Shown: positions 18,782 to 27,282 of the stretch, piece after piece
Layout of the letters: every line of letters begins with the position of its first letter
Numbering within the stretch: the stretch's first letter is position 1
Origin: Minisyncoccota bacterium
GTDB lineage: Bacteria > Patescibacteriota > Minisyncoccia > Phycocordibacterales > UBA9973
Direction of reading: 5' to 3'
Assembly (NCBI GenBank): GCA_041657885.1
Contig: JBBABB010000002.1
Coordinates: forward strand, 121,095 to 185,094
Length of the DNA stretch: 64,000 bases
Translations under genes and position numbers: made by a program
The notes under the pieces: generated by a model
The model's input: only the letters and a program-made list of their open reading frames with translations
Databases searched by the model: none
What the model was told of the DNA's origin: nothing

Positions 18782-19624
18782 ATGAAAAAATTAAAAATTC
18801 TTTTTGAGGACAAAAATGTAATGGTTATAGATAAACCAGCGGGTATTGCAGTCCATGCCGATGCTCATACAAAAGAGAAAGATATAACCATGGCAGACCT
18901 TATTCTTGATTATGATAAAAAATTAGAAAAAGTGGGGGAGCCCATGGTTGTAGAATATATGGGCAAAGAAATAAAAATAAAACGTCCCGGTATTGTACAT
19001 CGATTAGACAGAGAAACTTCTGGTGTTTTACTTGTGGCCAAGAATCAAAAAACTTTTCTTTTCTTAAAAGAACAATTTCAAAATCACAAAATTAAAAAAG
19101 TTTACCAGATGTTTGTTTATGGTTTTGTTTCTGACCCGAAAGCTTCACTTGCGACGGGGAGAAGGGGAGTTATCAATGTCCCGATTGGACGCTCTCAGAA
19201 AGACATTCGCGCATATACGGCCGGGCGTGGAGCCAGGGAGCCATTGAAAGAAGCAGTAACGGAATATATTATTTTAAATAGATTTGAAACAGACCCTTCC
19301 CCAACCCCTTCCCTTGGCAGGGACGGGGCAAATTCAAACAAAGAAACTAAATTTTCTTATGTAGAAGCGTATCCTAAAACTGGTCGCACTCATCAAATAC
19401 GGGTTCATATGAGATACATCAATCATCCAGTAGTTTCTGACCCGCTTTATCGTGGGGCAAAAGAAAAAGCTCTAGGCATGAAGCGCCTTGCGCTTCATGC
19501 TTGTTCCATAACATTTTCTCTCCCTGCCTGCGCAGGCAGGCCAAGTGGTGAAGTTAAAACTATTGAATCACCTCTTCCAGCTGATTTCAAAAAAGTGATA
19601 AAAGAATATCTTCCATTAAAATAG
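18782..19624 (+). CDS. RluA/RluD family pseudouridine synthase
   Basis: DKPAG, GIVHRLDRETSG, TGRTHQIRVH, LHA. Confidence 0.93.
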   Translation: MKKLKILFEDKNVMVIDKPAGIAVHADAHTKEKDITMADLILDYDKKLEKVGEPMVVEYMGKEIKIKRPGIVHRLDRETSGVLLVAKNQKTFLFLKEQFQNHKIKKVYQMFVYGFVSDPKASLATGRRGVINVPIGRSQKDIRAYTAGRGAREPLKEAVTEYIILNRFETDPSPTPSLGRDGANSNKETKFSYVEAYPKTGRTHQIRVHMRYINHPVVSDPLYRGAKEKALGMKRLALHACSITFSLPACAGRPSGEVKTIESPLPADFKKVIKEYLPLK

Positions 19625-19775
19625 CTTTTTTCGAAATGCACGGATATTTTTCTGTTGAAAAATTCCTCGTGCTCGGCTCGACAGCCTCCCAAGGCATTTC
19701 TCTAAAACTATTTTAATTACAGATATTAGGGGGATTGCTTAAAGAGAGCTTATGTGATAAAGTAAAACCCATGGA

Positions 19776-19897
19776 TCCCGTACGAAGTCTGCCAGTTTGT
19801 CTTTAAAAAGTACGGGAATTATTAATTTATAAGAGTTTATTTTTTATTAAAATTAATTAAAGTACGAAAATCTAAAGATTTTCTACTTCGTACGGGA
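19776..19897. mobile_element. MITE-like element, 13-bp IR, TGGA target duplication, inserted at rplS start codon
   Basis: tcccgtacgaagt (19776-19788) / acttcgtacggga (19885-19897); TGGA at 19772-19775 and 19898-19901. Confidence 0.7.
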
Positions 19898-20319
19898 TGG
19901 AAATAACAGAAAAACAATTCACTCCAGTAAAACAAGAATCTCGGAAGAAGCTTGATTTTAAAGCAGGCGATACTGTTCGTGTTTGGAATAAGATTTTAGA
20001 AAAAGGTAAAACTCGTTTACAGGCTTTTGAAGGACTTGTTCTTTCTCGTAAACACGGAACTGAATCAGGAGCTACATTTACAATAAGAAAAGTTGCATCA
20101 GGTGTTGGGGTTGAGCGTATTTTCCCCTTATATTCTCCAAATGTTGATAAAATTGAAATAATTAGAAAATCAAAAACTCGCAGAAGTAAACTCTACTATA
20201 TAAGAACAAAAGCAGTGAAAGAAGTTAAAAAAAGATTAAAGAGTGTAACTCTTTCCGCTAAAAAAGAACCAAAAGAAGTTGAAACAGAAGAAATTAAAAC
20301 ACCTGCCAGCCCTCTTTAG
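19897..20319 (+). CDS. rplS: 50S ribosomal protein L19
   Basis: F..GDTVRV..KI.E..K.R.Q.FEG.V, GVGVER.FP..SP, RR.KLYY.R. Confidence 0.97.
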   Translation: MEITEKQFTPVKQESRKKLDFKAGDTVRVWNKILEKGKTRLQAFEGLVLSRKHGTESGATFTIRKVASGVGVERIFPLYSPNVDKIEIIRKSKTRRSKLYYIRTKAVKEVKKRLKSVTLSAKKEPKEVETEEIKTPASPL

Positions 20320-20339
20320 GGAGCAGGCTGGGAAGAATA

Positions 20340-20369
20340 AAAATCCATTTCACAAAAATGGATTTTTTT
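20340..20369 (+). terminator. Probable rplS terminator
   Basis: aaaatccattt / aaatggatttt followed by ttt. Confidence 0.6.
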
Positions 20370-20385
20370 GATAGAGTTTAATTAT

Positions 20386-20468
20386 GCACGAGTGGAGAAA
20401 CGGTATACTCGCTGCCTTGAGGTGGCAGTGCTCGCAAGGGCGTGGAGGTTCAAATCCTCTCTCGTGCA
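20386..20468 (+). tRNA. tRNA-Leu(GAG), CCA not encoded
   Basis: GCACGAG acceptor; CTGCC-TTGAGGT-GGCAG anticodon arm; variable arm; GGTTCAAATCC; CTCGTGCA. Confidence 0.92.
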
Positions 20469-20690
20469 CAAATGAAAAAACTCATGCTTTTGTATGGGTT
20501 TTTCATTTGTGCGCGGGAGCGAGACAACTGCTTGTCTCGTGTAGAGGATTTGAAAACCTTGAGCATACAATTTAAAATTTATTAATTTTAAATTGTGCGA
20601 AAGGTGTACAGAATCTGTAAGATTCAAAAAGCGTACTCGCGGTCCTCTCCCGCGCACAAAAAGCTATTCGTGGTCCTCTCCCGTGCACCA
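20469..20690. repeat. tRNA-Leu 3'-end derived inverted and direct repeats
   Basis: Inverted tttgtgcgcgggag (20506-20519) and agaggatttgaa; direct tcctctcccgcgcaca (20643-20658) and tcctctcccgtgcacca (20674-20690). Confidence 0.75.
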
Positions 20691-20833
20691 ATACGGAACT
20701 CATCGGTTTTTTGGAAGCCCAAATGCGGGACCTTACACTTGGTAAAAAGTAAAAAAGTTGAATAGCATTTTTGAATCAAAAATGCTATTCTTAAAGTGTC
20801 GATTTAATTGAATTATGTTAGTATTAAATTATT

Positions 20834-22201
20834 ATGAAATACAATAAAGGTTTTGCACCAATGGTTCTTCTTTTAATTGTCCTAGGAGTGGCGGTTGTCG
20901 GGGGTGTTATATATTATACAGGCAAAAGTCCAAAAATTTTACCTCAAACTGAAGAAAATAACTCACTTCAGGAAAATCAGAATGTTGTAAATAAGCCTGT
21001 GCAAGACAATCAGATAAAAAATACTACAGATAATATTTCATATATCAAAGTTGATAAAAATAATTCTGTTGTACTTGCTAACAATTCTTTTGCTTTTGAT
21101 GTTTTTTCTAAACTTATTAAAAAGGGAGAAAACACTTTCTTTTCACCTTTTAGTATTTCAAGTGCATTTGGAATGGTATACGAAGGAGCAAATGGTAAGA
21201 CAGCCGATGAGATACAATCAGTTTTTCATTTTCCAAAAGATATTAACATTCTTAGAACTTCATTTTCTTCAATAAATAATGAAATCAATAAACCAAACAG
21301 CGACTATCAACTTACTATTGCAAATGCTCTATGGGCGCAAAAAGATTACAAGTTTTTAGATGAATATTTTTCTAATGTAGATAAATATTACAGTGGGAAA
21401 GCAACAAATCTTGATTTTAAAAATGCTACAGAGGATGCGAGATTGACTATTAATAAATGGATCGAAGATAAAACAAACAGCAAAATAAAAGATATTCTTC
21501 CTCCAAAATCTTTGGATACTATGACCAAGCTTGTTTTAACCAATGCGATTTATTTTAATGGGAAATGGGACAAGACGTTTGATAAAAAAGAGACCAAAGC
21601 CGACACCACTTTCTTGTCTGACTCTGGAAATGATATAAAGGTTAATATGATGCAACAGTCTAATGACGATAAAACAATATTTAACTATACAGAAAATGAA
21701 AATTCACAGATGTTAGAAATGCCATACAAAGGAGATAAACTATCAATGATTATTGTTCTTCCAAAGGAAAATAACATAACTTCATTTGAAAAATTATTTA
21801 CTTTATCAAATTTTGACAATTGGAAAAAAAATCTAAAAAAACAGCGTGTGAATGTTTACATACCGCAATTTAAGTTTGGCATAAAATATCTAATGGCTGA
21901 TACTTTAAAATTAATGGGTATGCCCACTGCTTTTTCAGGAAATGCCGATTTCTCTAAAATGGATGGAACAAAGGACTTGTTTATTAGCAGTGTAATTCAT
22001 CAGGCTTTTGTTGATGTTAATGAAGATGGCACAGAGGCAGCAGCTGCGACGGTTATTTCTATGAATGCTGGATCATACTTTCATGAAGGACCTGTGATAC
22101 CGACATTTTATGCCAATCATCCATTTTTGTTTGTAATTCAAGATACGACAAATGGAAATATATTATTTATAGGCAAGATTGTAAATCCTAGTTTAAAATA
22201 A
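20834..22201 (+). CDS. Serpin (serine protease inhibitor) with prepilin-like N-terminus
   Basis: N.FFSPFSI, NAIYF.G.W, hinge EDGTEAAAAT, F.ANHPFLF; N-terminus KGF plus hydrophobic helix. Confidence 0.92.
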   Translation: MKYNKGFAPMVLLLIVLGVAVVGGVIYYTGKSPKILPQTEENNSLQENQNVVNKPVQDNQIKNTTDNISYIKVDKNNSVVLANNSFAFDVFSKLIKKGENTFFSPFSISSAFGMVYEGANGKTADEIQSVFHFPKDINILRTSFSSINNEINKPNSDYQLTIANALWAQKDYKFLDEYFSNVDKYYSGKATNLDFKNATEDARLTINKWIEDKTNSKIKDILPPKSLDTMTKLVLTNAIYFNGKWDKTFDKKETKADTTFLSDSGNDIKVNMMQQSNDDKTIFNYTENENSQMLEMPYKGDKLSMIIVLPKENNITSFEKLFTLSNFDNWKKNLKKQRVNVYIPQFKFGIKYLMADTLKLMGMPTAFSGNADFSKMDGTKDLFISSVIHQAFVDVNEDGTEAAAATVISMNAGSYFHEGPVIPTFYANHPFLFVIQDTTNGNILFIGKIVNPSLK

Positions 22202-22203
22202 AT

Positions 22204-22467
22204 ATGCAATTTATTATTTACTTTATCGCCGGAGTAATCCAAGATTTTCTGCTTACACTCAACTGGCGTTTTATGGCAAAAGATAAGGCCATACTAGCTT
22301 CACTTTTCTCTTTTTTGACAACAATAATTTCTTTCGTGGTTTTGTATAATATTTTAACTAAACTTGACCAAGAACGTAGTATTATTGCAATTGTTGTCTA
22401 TTCTCTTGGTATTGCGGCAGGAACATTTTTAGGGATGAAAAACAAGTTTGGTATGAAAGACAAATAA
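22204..22467 (+). CDS. Small three-TM membrane protein (DUF5698-like)
   Basis: Hydrophobic 87 aa, Y.LG.A.GTFLG. Confidence 0.6.
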   Translation: MQFIIYFIAGVIQDFLLTLNWRFMAKDKAILASLFSFLTTIISFVVLYNILTKLDQERSIIAIVVYSLGIAAGTFLGMKNKFGMKDK

Positions 22468-22527
22468 CCTTGCTCTTCATTTTCTATTTGTTCTCCCATA
22501 AATCGTATTTTGTAGTATAATAGTACT

Positions 22528-23100
22528 ATGCTTAATATTTTACTTTATGTATTACAAATTCTATTATTAATTGCTTTCTTTGTTACCGTAATTCTTTTTA
22601 TATTATGGTCAATAGGAAATTTTAAAAATAAAGTACCTTTTGTAACTACCTCCAATGCTATTTTGAAAGACATAGAAAAAGCACTCGAAGTTAAAGATGA
22701 TAGTGTTGTTTATGATTTAGGCTGTGGTGATGGGCGGGTCCTTTTATATCTCTCTCGTTTTAATAGAAATGCAAGATATATTGGAATTGAAAATAGCGCG
22801 TTTCCAATTATATTAGCTAGGTTTGAATCATTTTTAAATAAGAAAAAAACGGGTAACAAAGTGGAAATTATTAACAACAATTTCTTTAAACAAGACTTAT
22901 CAGATGCTACCCATATCTTTACATATTTATATCCAAATATAATGGATGAGTTACTTCCCAAATTTGAAAAAGAAGTTAAGCCAGGTACGCGTCTAGTGTC
23001 ATTGTCATTTAAGTTTGCACACAAAACACCAATTAATGAAATTGACCTAAAAAGGAGTAAATATAAACTTGGGCGCAAATTATATGTCTACCAATTTTAG
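22528..23100 (+). CDS. Membrane-anchored class I SAM-dependent methyltransferase
   Basis: VPFV, YDLGCGDGR motif I, YL.P, E.KPG.R.VS..F. Confidence 0.88.
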   Translation: MLNILLYVLQILLLIAFFVTVILFILWSIGNFKNKVPFVTTSNAILKDIEKALEVKDDSVVYDLGCGDGRVLLYLSRFNRNARYIGIENSAFPIILARFESFLNKKKTGNKVEIINNNFFKQDLSDATHIFTYLYPNIMDELLPKFEKEVKPGTRLVSLSFKFAHKTPINEIDLKRSKYKLGRKLYVYQF

Positions 23101-23195
23101 TTTGAAGTGGACATGACTCGATTATTAAATCTCGCTGGACTGCATTTTTAACAAAATGGTTACATTTTAAAAAAATGGGAGTATAATGAAACTAT

Positions 23196-25526
23196 ATGAC
23201 AACCTCTGAATTAATTTCTTATATAAGAAAACAAATCAACAATAATATATCAAGGGATTTAATAATATCTAAACTTATTGAGGTGGGATGGCACAGGGAA
23301 GATATAAATGAAGGTTTTTTGAGTGTTGACCAATATCGTGAACCGCTAGAAGGAGATAATCTATTTGAGGCAAAAAAAGAACTACCCAAAATGGAAGTTT
23401 TTAATATAGAAATTCCCAAGGTAGAAACTCCTATAGCAGAAACACCAAAAATAGAAATCCCTAAAATAGATATTTTTAATATAGAAACCCCCGTAGTAGA
23501 AACCCCCGTAGTAGAAACACCCGTAGTAGAAACACCCGTAGTAGAAACCCCCGTAGTAGAAACCCCCGTAGTAGAAACCCCCGTAGTAGAAACCCCCGTA
23601 GTAGAAACCCCCGTAGTAGAAACCCCCGTAGTAGAAACCCCTAAAGTGTGGACTCCAATGAAGGTACCAATAATAGAAAAGTCGCAAGTAGAGGTTAGTG
23701 ATTTAGATTTGAAAACAGAAACAACCAAGATAGCAATTCAGAACCTAGAATTATCACCCCTACAGGGGATTTCTCATGCCTACGGCAGACCTCCCGAAGG
23801 GATCGGTCGTAGAGAGACAACCCAAAAAGAAGAAACCAAAAGCGAAGAACTCCTCCCGACTCTTATGCCTAAAGCGGTTGTTGATTCTTTTGGTTCTATT
23901 AATAGAGCCAACTTAATAAAAACAGAAGATGATACAATTGTCTCTAATGAAACTCCCAAAAGTTATTTAATTAATAATTTACCCAAAATAGCAATGCTCT
24001 CTTCTTATAAGAATGATTTATTATCTGCAACTAAAATAAAAGAAGAAATTGTTAAAAAGAAAGGTTTTAAAACAATTAAATGGGTTATTGTTGCACTTGT
24101 AGTTATTTTAATATCTCTAGCTGTGTGGGTATTTGCAAGTGGATATATAAATATTAAAAATCTGAATCTCCCTTTTATTAAGAAAGACCCAAGGGTCTTA
24201 TTGTTAAATAATTCAAAAGTTTTATCTTCTTTAAAATCATATAAAACAGAGACGAACATAGAAATTTTATCGCCTTCTTTTGCAAATATTGCCTCTGGGC
24301 TTATAAGTGGAGAAGCCATACCTTCACCGGATAAGGACTCTATTTCTATTAATGTTTTAGGATTAATTAATAAAAATGGACAAGGTGTATTCTCTGATAA
24401 TTTTGTGACAATTAAGGGTTCTTTATTGCCAGATTACATTACTACAGATATAAAAAATAATAGCTTAGATTTATTTATCTCTATTCCAGATCTTAGTCAG
24501 GTTATAAATGAGAATGCACCAGAACCAACCGTAGTTAAAATAAATGAGCAACAATTTGAGTTAGTTCCACCCTTATTCTCTCCAAATATTGAATTGCAAC
24601 TTAAAAAAATAAATATTTATAAAATCCTATCAAGCGGAATGCCATCTTATATTAACAATGACACACTAAGTGTTTATGATGAATTTATTAATAGTGTAGA
24701 TATAGTAGCAAAGGGACAAGAAAATATTAAGGGCATAGATACTTATCATTATTCAATAAATACTGATAGGCAATTAGCAAAAAATCTTTTAAATAAAATT
24801 TCTGATAATTTTATATTAAATCTTTCGGGTGATGATAAAGATAATTTGGCTCAAATTTTGGGCTCAATTACAATAGATTCATTGGAAATTTGGGTTGGGA
24901 AAGGAGATAATAATATTTATCAATATAATGTGGTTCTTGATGTGCCATTATCAAAAATTATAGGTTTTGAGGATAGAAGTATTGGAGATAATCAGTTAAG
25001 AATTACTTGGAAAACGACTTATTATGATTTTAATATATCAAATAATATATCCATACCAGATACATCTACTGCCATTACAGATTTTGTAAATGGTGTTAAG
25101 GAGACGAAAATAAAAAATGATGTTTCCTCTTTTAAACAACTTGCAACAAGTTTGTTCAATGCAGAAGGTGCTTATGGGAAAAAATCAAACTCAAGCGGTA
25201 GTTGTATGAACCCGAGTTCTGGTTCGTTATTTTCACCCACTGGTCATATTAAAGGTGTAACTACAACCACAGCAGTTAGCTCCATATCAGTATTATTAAA
25301 TAAAGTTTTAGGAATAACTGGTGGGGCTGGTTTCTGTTACTCCACACCAAAAGCTTGGTCATTTACAATTCCAATCTCTGATAATTATGCTCAAGCTTCT
25401 ATTCCAGTGGGAGGTTATACATCTTTCTTTTGTATTGACAGTACTGGTTCTACACAAGACCTTACAACTCCTCCAACTGGTGTCGTTTGTCTACCTAAGG
25501 TTAATCTTCCAAAGGAAGGTAATTAA
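23196..25526 (+). CDS. Large single-pass membrane protein with VETPV repeats and a C-terminal Cys-containing pilin-like head
   Basis: TM ~aa 297-318; C-terminal C...FCYS...FCIDSTG...C. Confidence 0.7.
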   Translation: MTTSELISYIRKQINNNISRDLIISKLIEVGWHREDINEGFLSVDQYREPLEGDNLFEAKKELPKMEVFNIEIPKVETPIAETPKIEIPKIDIFNIETPVVETPVVETPVVETPVVETPVVETPVVETPVVETPVVETPVVETPVVETPKVWTPMKVPIIEKSQVEVSDLDLKTETTKIAIQNLELSPLQGISHAYGRPPEGIGRRETTQKEETKSEELLPTLMPKAVVDSFGSINRANLIKTEDDTIVSNETPKSYLINNLPKIAMLSSYKNDLLSATKIKEEIVKKKGFKTIKWVIVALVVILISLAVWVFASGYINIKNLNLPFIKKDPRVLLLNNSKVLSSLKSYKTETNIEILSPSFANIASGLISGEAIPSPDKDSISINVLGLINKNGQGVFSDNFVTIKGSLLPDYITTDIKNNSLDLFISIPDLSQVINENAPEPTVVKINEQQFELVPPLFSPNIELQLKKINIYKILSSGMPSYINNDTLSVYDEFINSVDIVAKGQENIKGIDTYHYSINTDRQLAKNLLNKISDNFILNLSGDDKDNLAQILGSITIDSLEIWVGKGDNNIYQYNVVLDVPLSKIIGFEDRSIGDNQLRITWKTTYYDFNISNNISIPDTSTAITDFVNGVKETKIKNDVSSFKQLATSLFNAEGAYGKKSNSSGSCMNPSSGSLFSPTGHIKGVTTTTAVSSISVLLNKVLGITGGAGFCYSTPKAWSFTIPISDNYAQASIPVGGYTSFFCIDSTGSTQDLTTPPTGVVCLPKVNLPKEGN
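23481..23645 (+). repeat. Coding tandem repeat, 11 x 15 bp (GTAGAAACMCCCGTA = VETPV)
   Basis: Near-identical units read directly. Confidence 0.95.
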
Positions 25527-25624
25527 CATTTTTATAAAATTTAATTTTATGGGAGACCCTAGATTTATGGGCGTTTTTTTGGTATAACTGTGTAATCACT
25601 CCAGTTTTAATATGGAGTAATTAT

Positions 25625-25700
25625 GGTGCCTATAGTGTAATGGTTAGCACTAGGGTTTGTGGAACCTTCAGTTCGAGTTCAAATCTCGATAGGCACCCCA
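25625..25700 (+). tRNA. tRNA-His(GTG) with G-1 and CCA
   Basis: GGTGCCTATAGTGTAATGG...TTGTGGA...GTTCAAATC...TAGGCACCCCA. Confidence 0.94.
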
Positions 25701-25727
25701 AAATAAAACCTGTGCTATAATCTATTT

Positions 25728-26234
25728 ATGCAACAAGGAACAAAAAACCCTAAAAGTTTGAAGTTAAACAAAAAAAAAGTAGTTATGGTCAGTGGTGGAT
25801 TTGACCCTATTCACATTGGGCATATTCGTTATATACAAGCAGCAAAGAAACTCGGCGATACATTAATTGTGGTTATTAATAATGATAATTGGCTTCGAAA
25901 AAAGAAAGGGAAGGAATTTATGCCCGCGGTTGAAAGGAAAGAAATTATTGAAGCCATATCGGGAGTTGATGAGGTTGTTATATCAAGTCACACTAAAAAT
26001 ACAAAAGATATGAGTGTTTGTAGAGAATTGATAAAAATAAAACCAAATGTTTTTGCAAACGGAGGCGATAGGAATAAAAAGAATGCGGGAGACCCAGAAT
26101 CTTCTTTGTGTAAAGATATAAATATGTGTAAAAGTTTGGGCATTGAAATGGTTTATAATGTTGGTAGAGGAGGTAAAGTAAGAAGTTCTTCCGAATTATT
26201 AAAAGAATATTCAAAACATATCAAATCAAAATAA
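25728..26234 (+). CDS. Cytidylyltransferase-family nucleotidyltransferase (RfaE/TagD/FAD synthase-like)
   Basis: SGGFDPIHIGH (HIGH), ER.EII, SSS. Confidence 0.88.
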   Translation: MQQGTKNPKSLKLNKKKVVMVSGGFDPIHIGHIRYIQAAKKLGDTLIVVINNDNWLRKKKGKEFMPAVERKEIIEAISGVDEVVISSHTKNTKDMSVCRELIKIKPNVFANGGDRNKKNAGDPESSLCKDINMCKSLGIEMVYNVGRGGKVRSSSELLKEYSKHIKSK

Positions 26235-26235
26235 T

Positions 26236-26886
26236 ATGAATATTTATAAAATTAATATTCCTAAATCTGTCATTACCCTTGCTATCCTTGCTATAGTGCT
26301 TAATCTTTTGCGCATTATTATTTGGGGAAAAATGTCTTTTGTTTATATTTTGTGGAATATATTTTTGGCTTTTATTCCTTTTATTATTAGTTCACTTCTT
26401 TTATCATTTTTAAATGAGGGGAAATTAAAAAAAATAATATTTATTTTTGGTATTATTCTATGGCTGATATTTATTCCCAATGCCCCTTATTTAATCACTG
26501 ATTTCATTCATCTTGGTACCACTCGCTCCATTCCTATAATTTATGACACATTACTACTTTTCAGTTCAGCATCAGTTGGTTTAATCCTTGGTTTTTTCTC
26601 ATTGTTTCATATTGAGCAAATTATTAAAATGCGATTATCAAAAAGAAAAACATCTATAATAATAGGAATAATTATACTCATAATTAGTTTTGGTATATAT
26701 TTAGGAAGGTTTTTGCGTTTCAATAGTTGGGATGTTTTTATAAATCACACTTCTTTAATTAAAAATGTTTGGAAAATATTTTCTCAATCAAAAACTCACA
26801 TAGAAGTATATCTTTACACCCTCCTTTTCTTTGTCTTTTTAGCCTTATCTTATAAGGCTTGGAAATATTCAAATACGAAACAATAA
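26236..26886 (+). CDS. DUF1361 family membrane protein
   Basis: WNIFLAFIP, F.PNAPY..TD..HL, GIYLGRFLR.NSWD. Confidence 0.88.
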   Translation: MNIYKINIPKSVITLAILAIVLNLLRIIIWGKMSFVYILWNIFLAFIPFIISSLLLSFLNEGKLKKIIFIFGIILWLIFIPNAPYLITDFIHLGTTRSIPIIYDTLLLFSSASVGLILGFFSLFHIEQIIKMRLSKRKTSIIIGIIILIISFGIYLGRFLRFNSWDVFINHTSLIKNVWKIFSQSKTHIEVYLYTLLFFVFLALSYKAWKYSNTKQ

Positions 26887-26923
26887 ACTTATATAACACA
26901 ATTTATTGTGTTATACTCAAGGA

Positions 26924-27277
26924 ATGAAGGACAATCTTGATATTTATGAAGAAAAAAGGCCATGGGGTCTTTTCCGCAGGTTCACAAATAATGAAATCTC
27001 AACTGTCAAAATTGTTACAGTTATGCCGAATGAAGAACTTAGTTTGCAAAGTCATAAGAATCGTTGCGAGTTTTGGCATGTTATTTCAGGTAATGGAACT
27101 GTTGAAATAGGGGAAGTTAAGAAAAATACAGTTGTAGGAGATGAACATGAGATAAAAGTGGGCGAAAAGCACCGTCTTTCCGCAGGCCCCGATGGGATTC
27201 AAGTGTTAGAGATTGCTATTGGAAATTTCGATGAGAGTGATATAGTTCATTATGAGGACAAGTATGGAAGAGTTTAA
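26924..27277 (+). CDS. Cupin, mannose-6-phosphate isomerase type II C-terminal-like
   Basis: RPWG, LSLQSH..R.E.W, HRL, E.DIV...D.YGR; start ATG 26924 after TGTTATACT. Confidence 0.85.
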   Translation: MKDNLDIYEEKRPWGLFRRFTNNEISTVKIVTVMPNEELSLQSHKNRCEFWHVISGNGTVEIGEVKKNTVVGDEHEIKVGEKHRLSAGPDGIQVLEIAIGNFDESDIVHYEDKYGRV

Positions 27278-27282
27278 TATTT

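Noticed and set aside
20382-20657. Short ORFs on both strands over tRNA-Leu
   Set aside because: They overlap a well-formed tRNA and its repeats.
23481-23645. Possible CRISPR array
   Set aside because: 15-bp units are contiguous with no spacers, lie in frame in a CDS, and no cas genes are present.
23219-23728. Minus-strand ORFs with GVSTT and GGFYY repeats
   Set aside because: Antisense shadows of the VETPV repeat.
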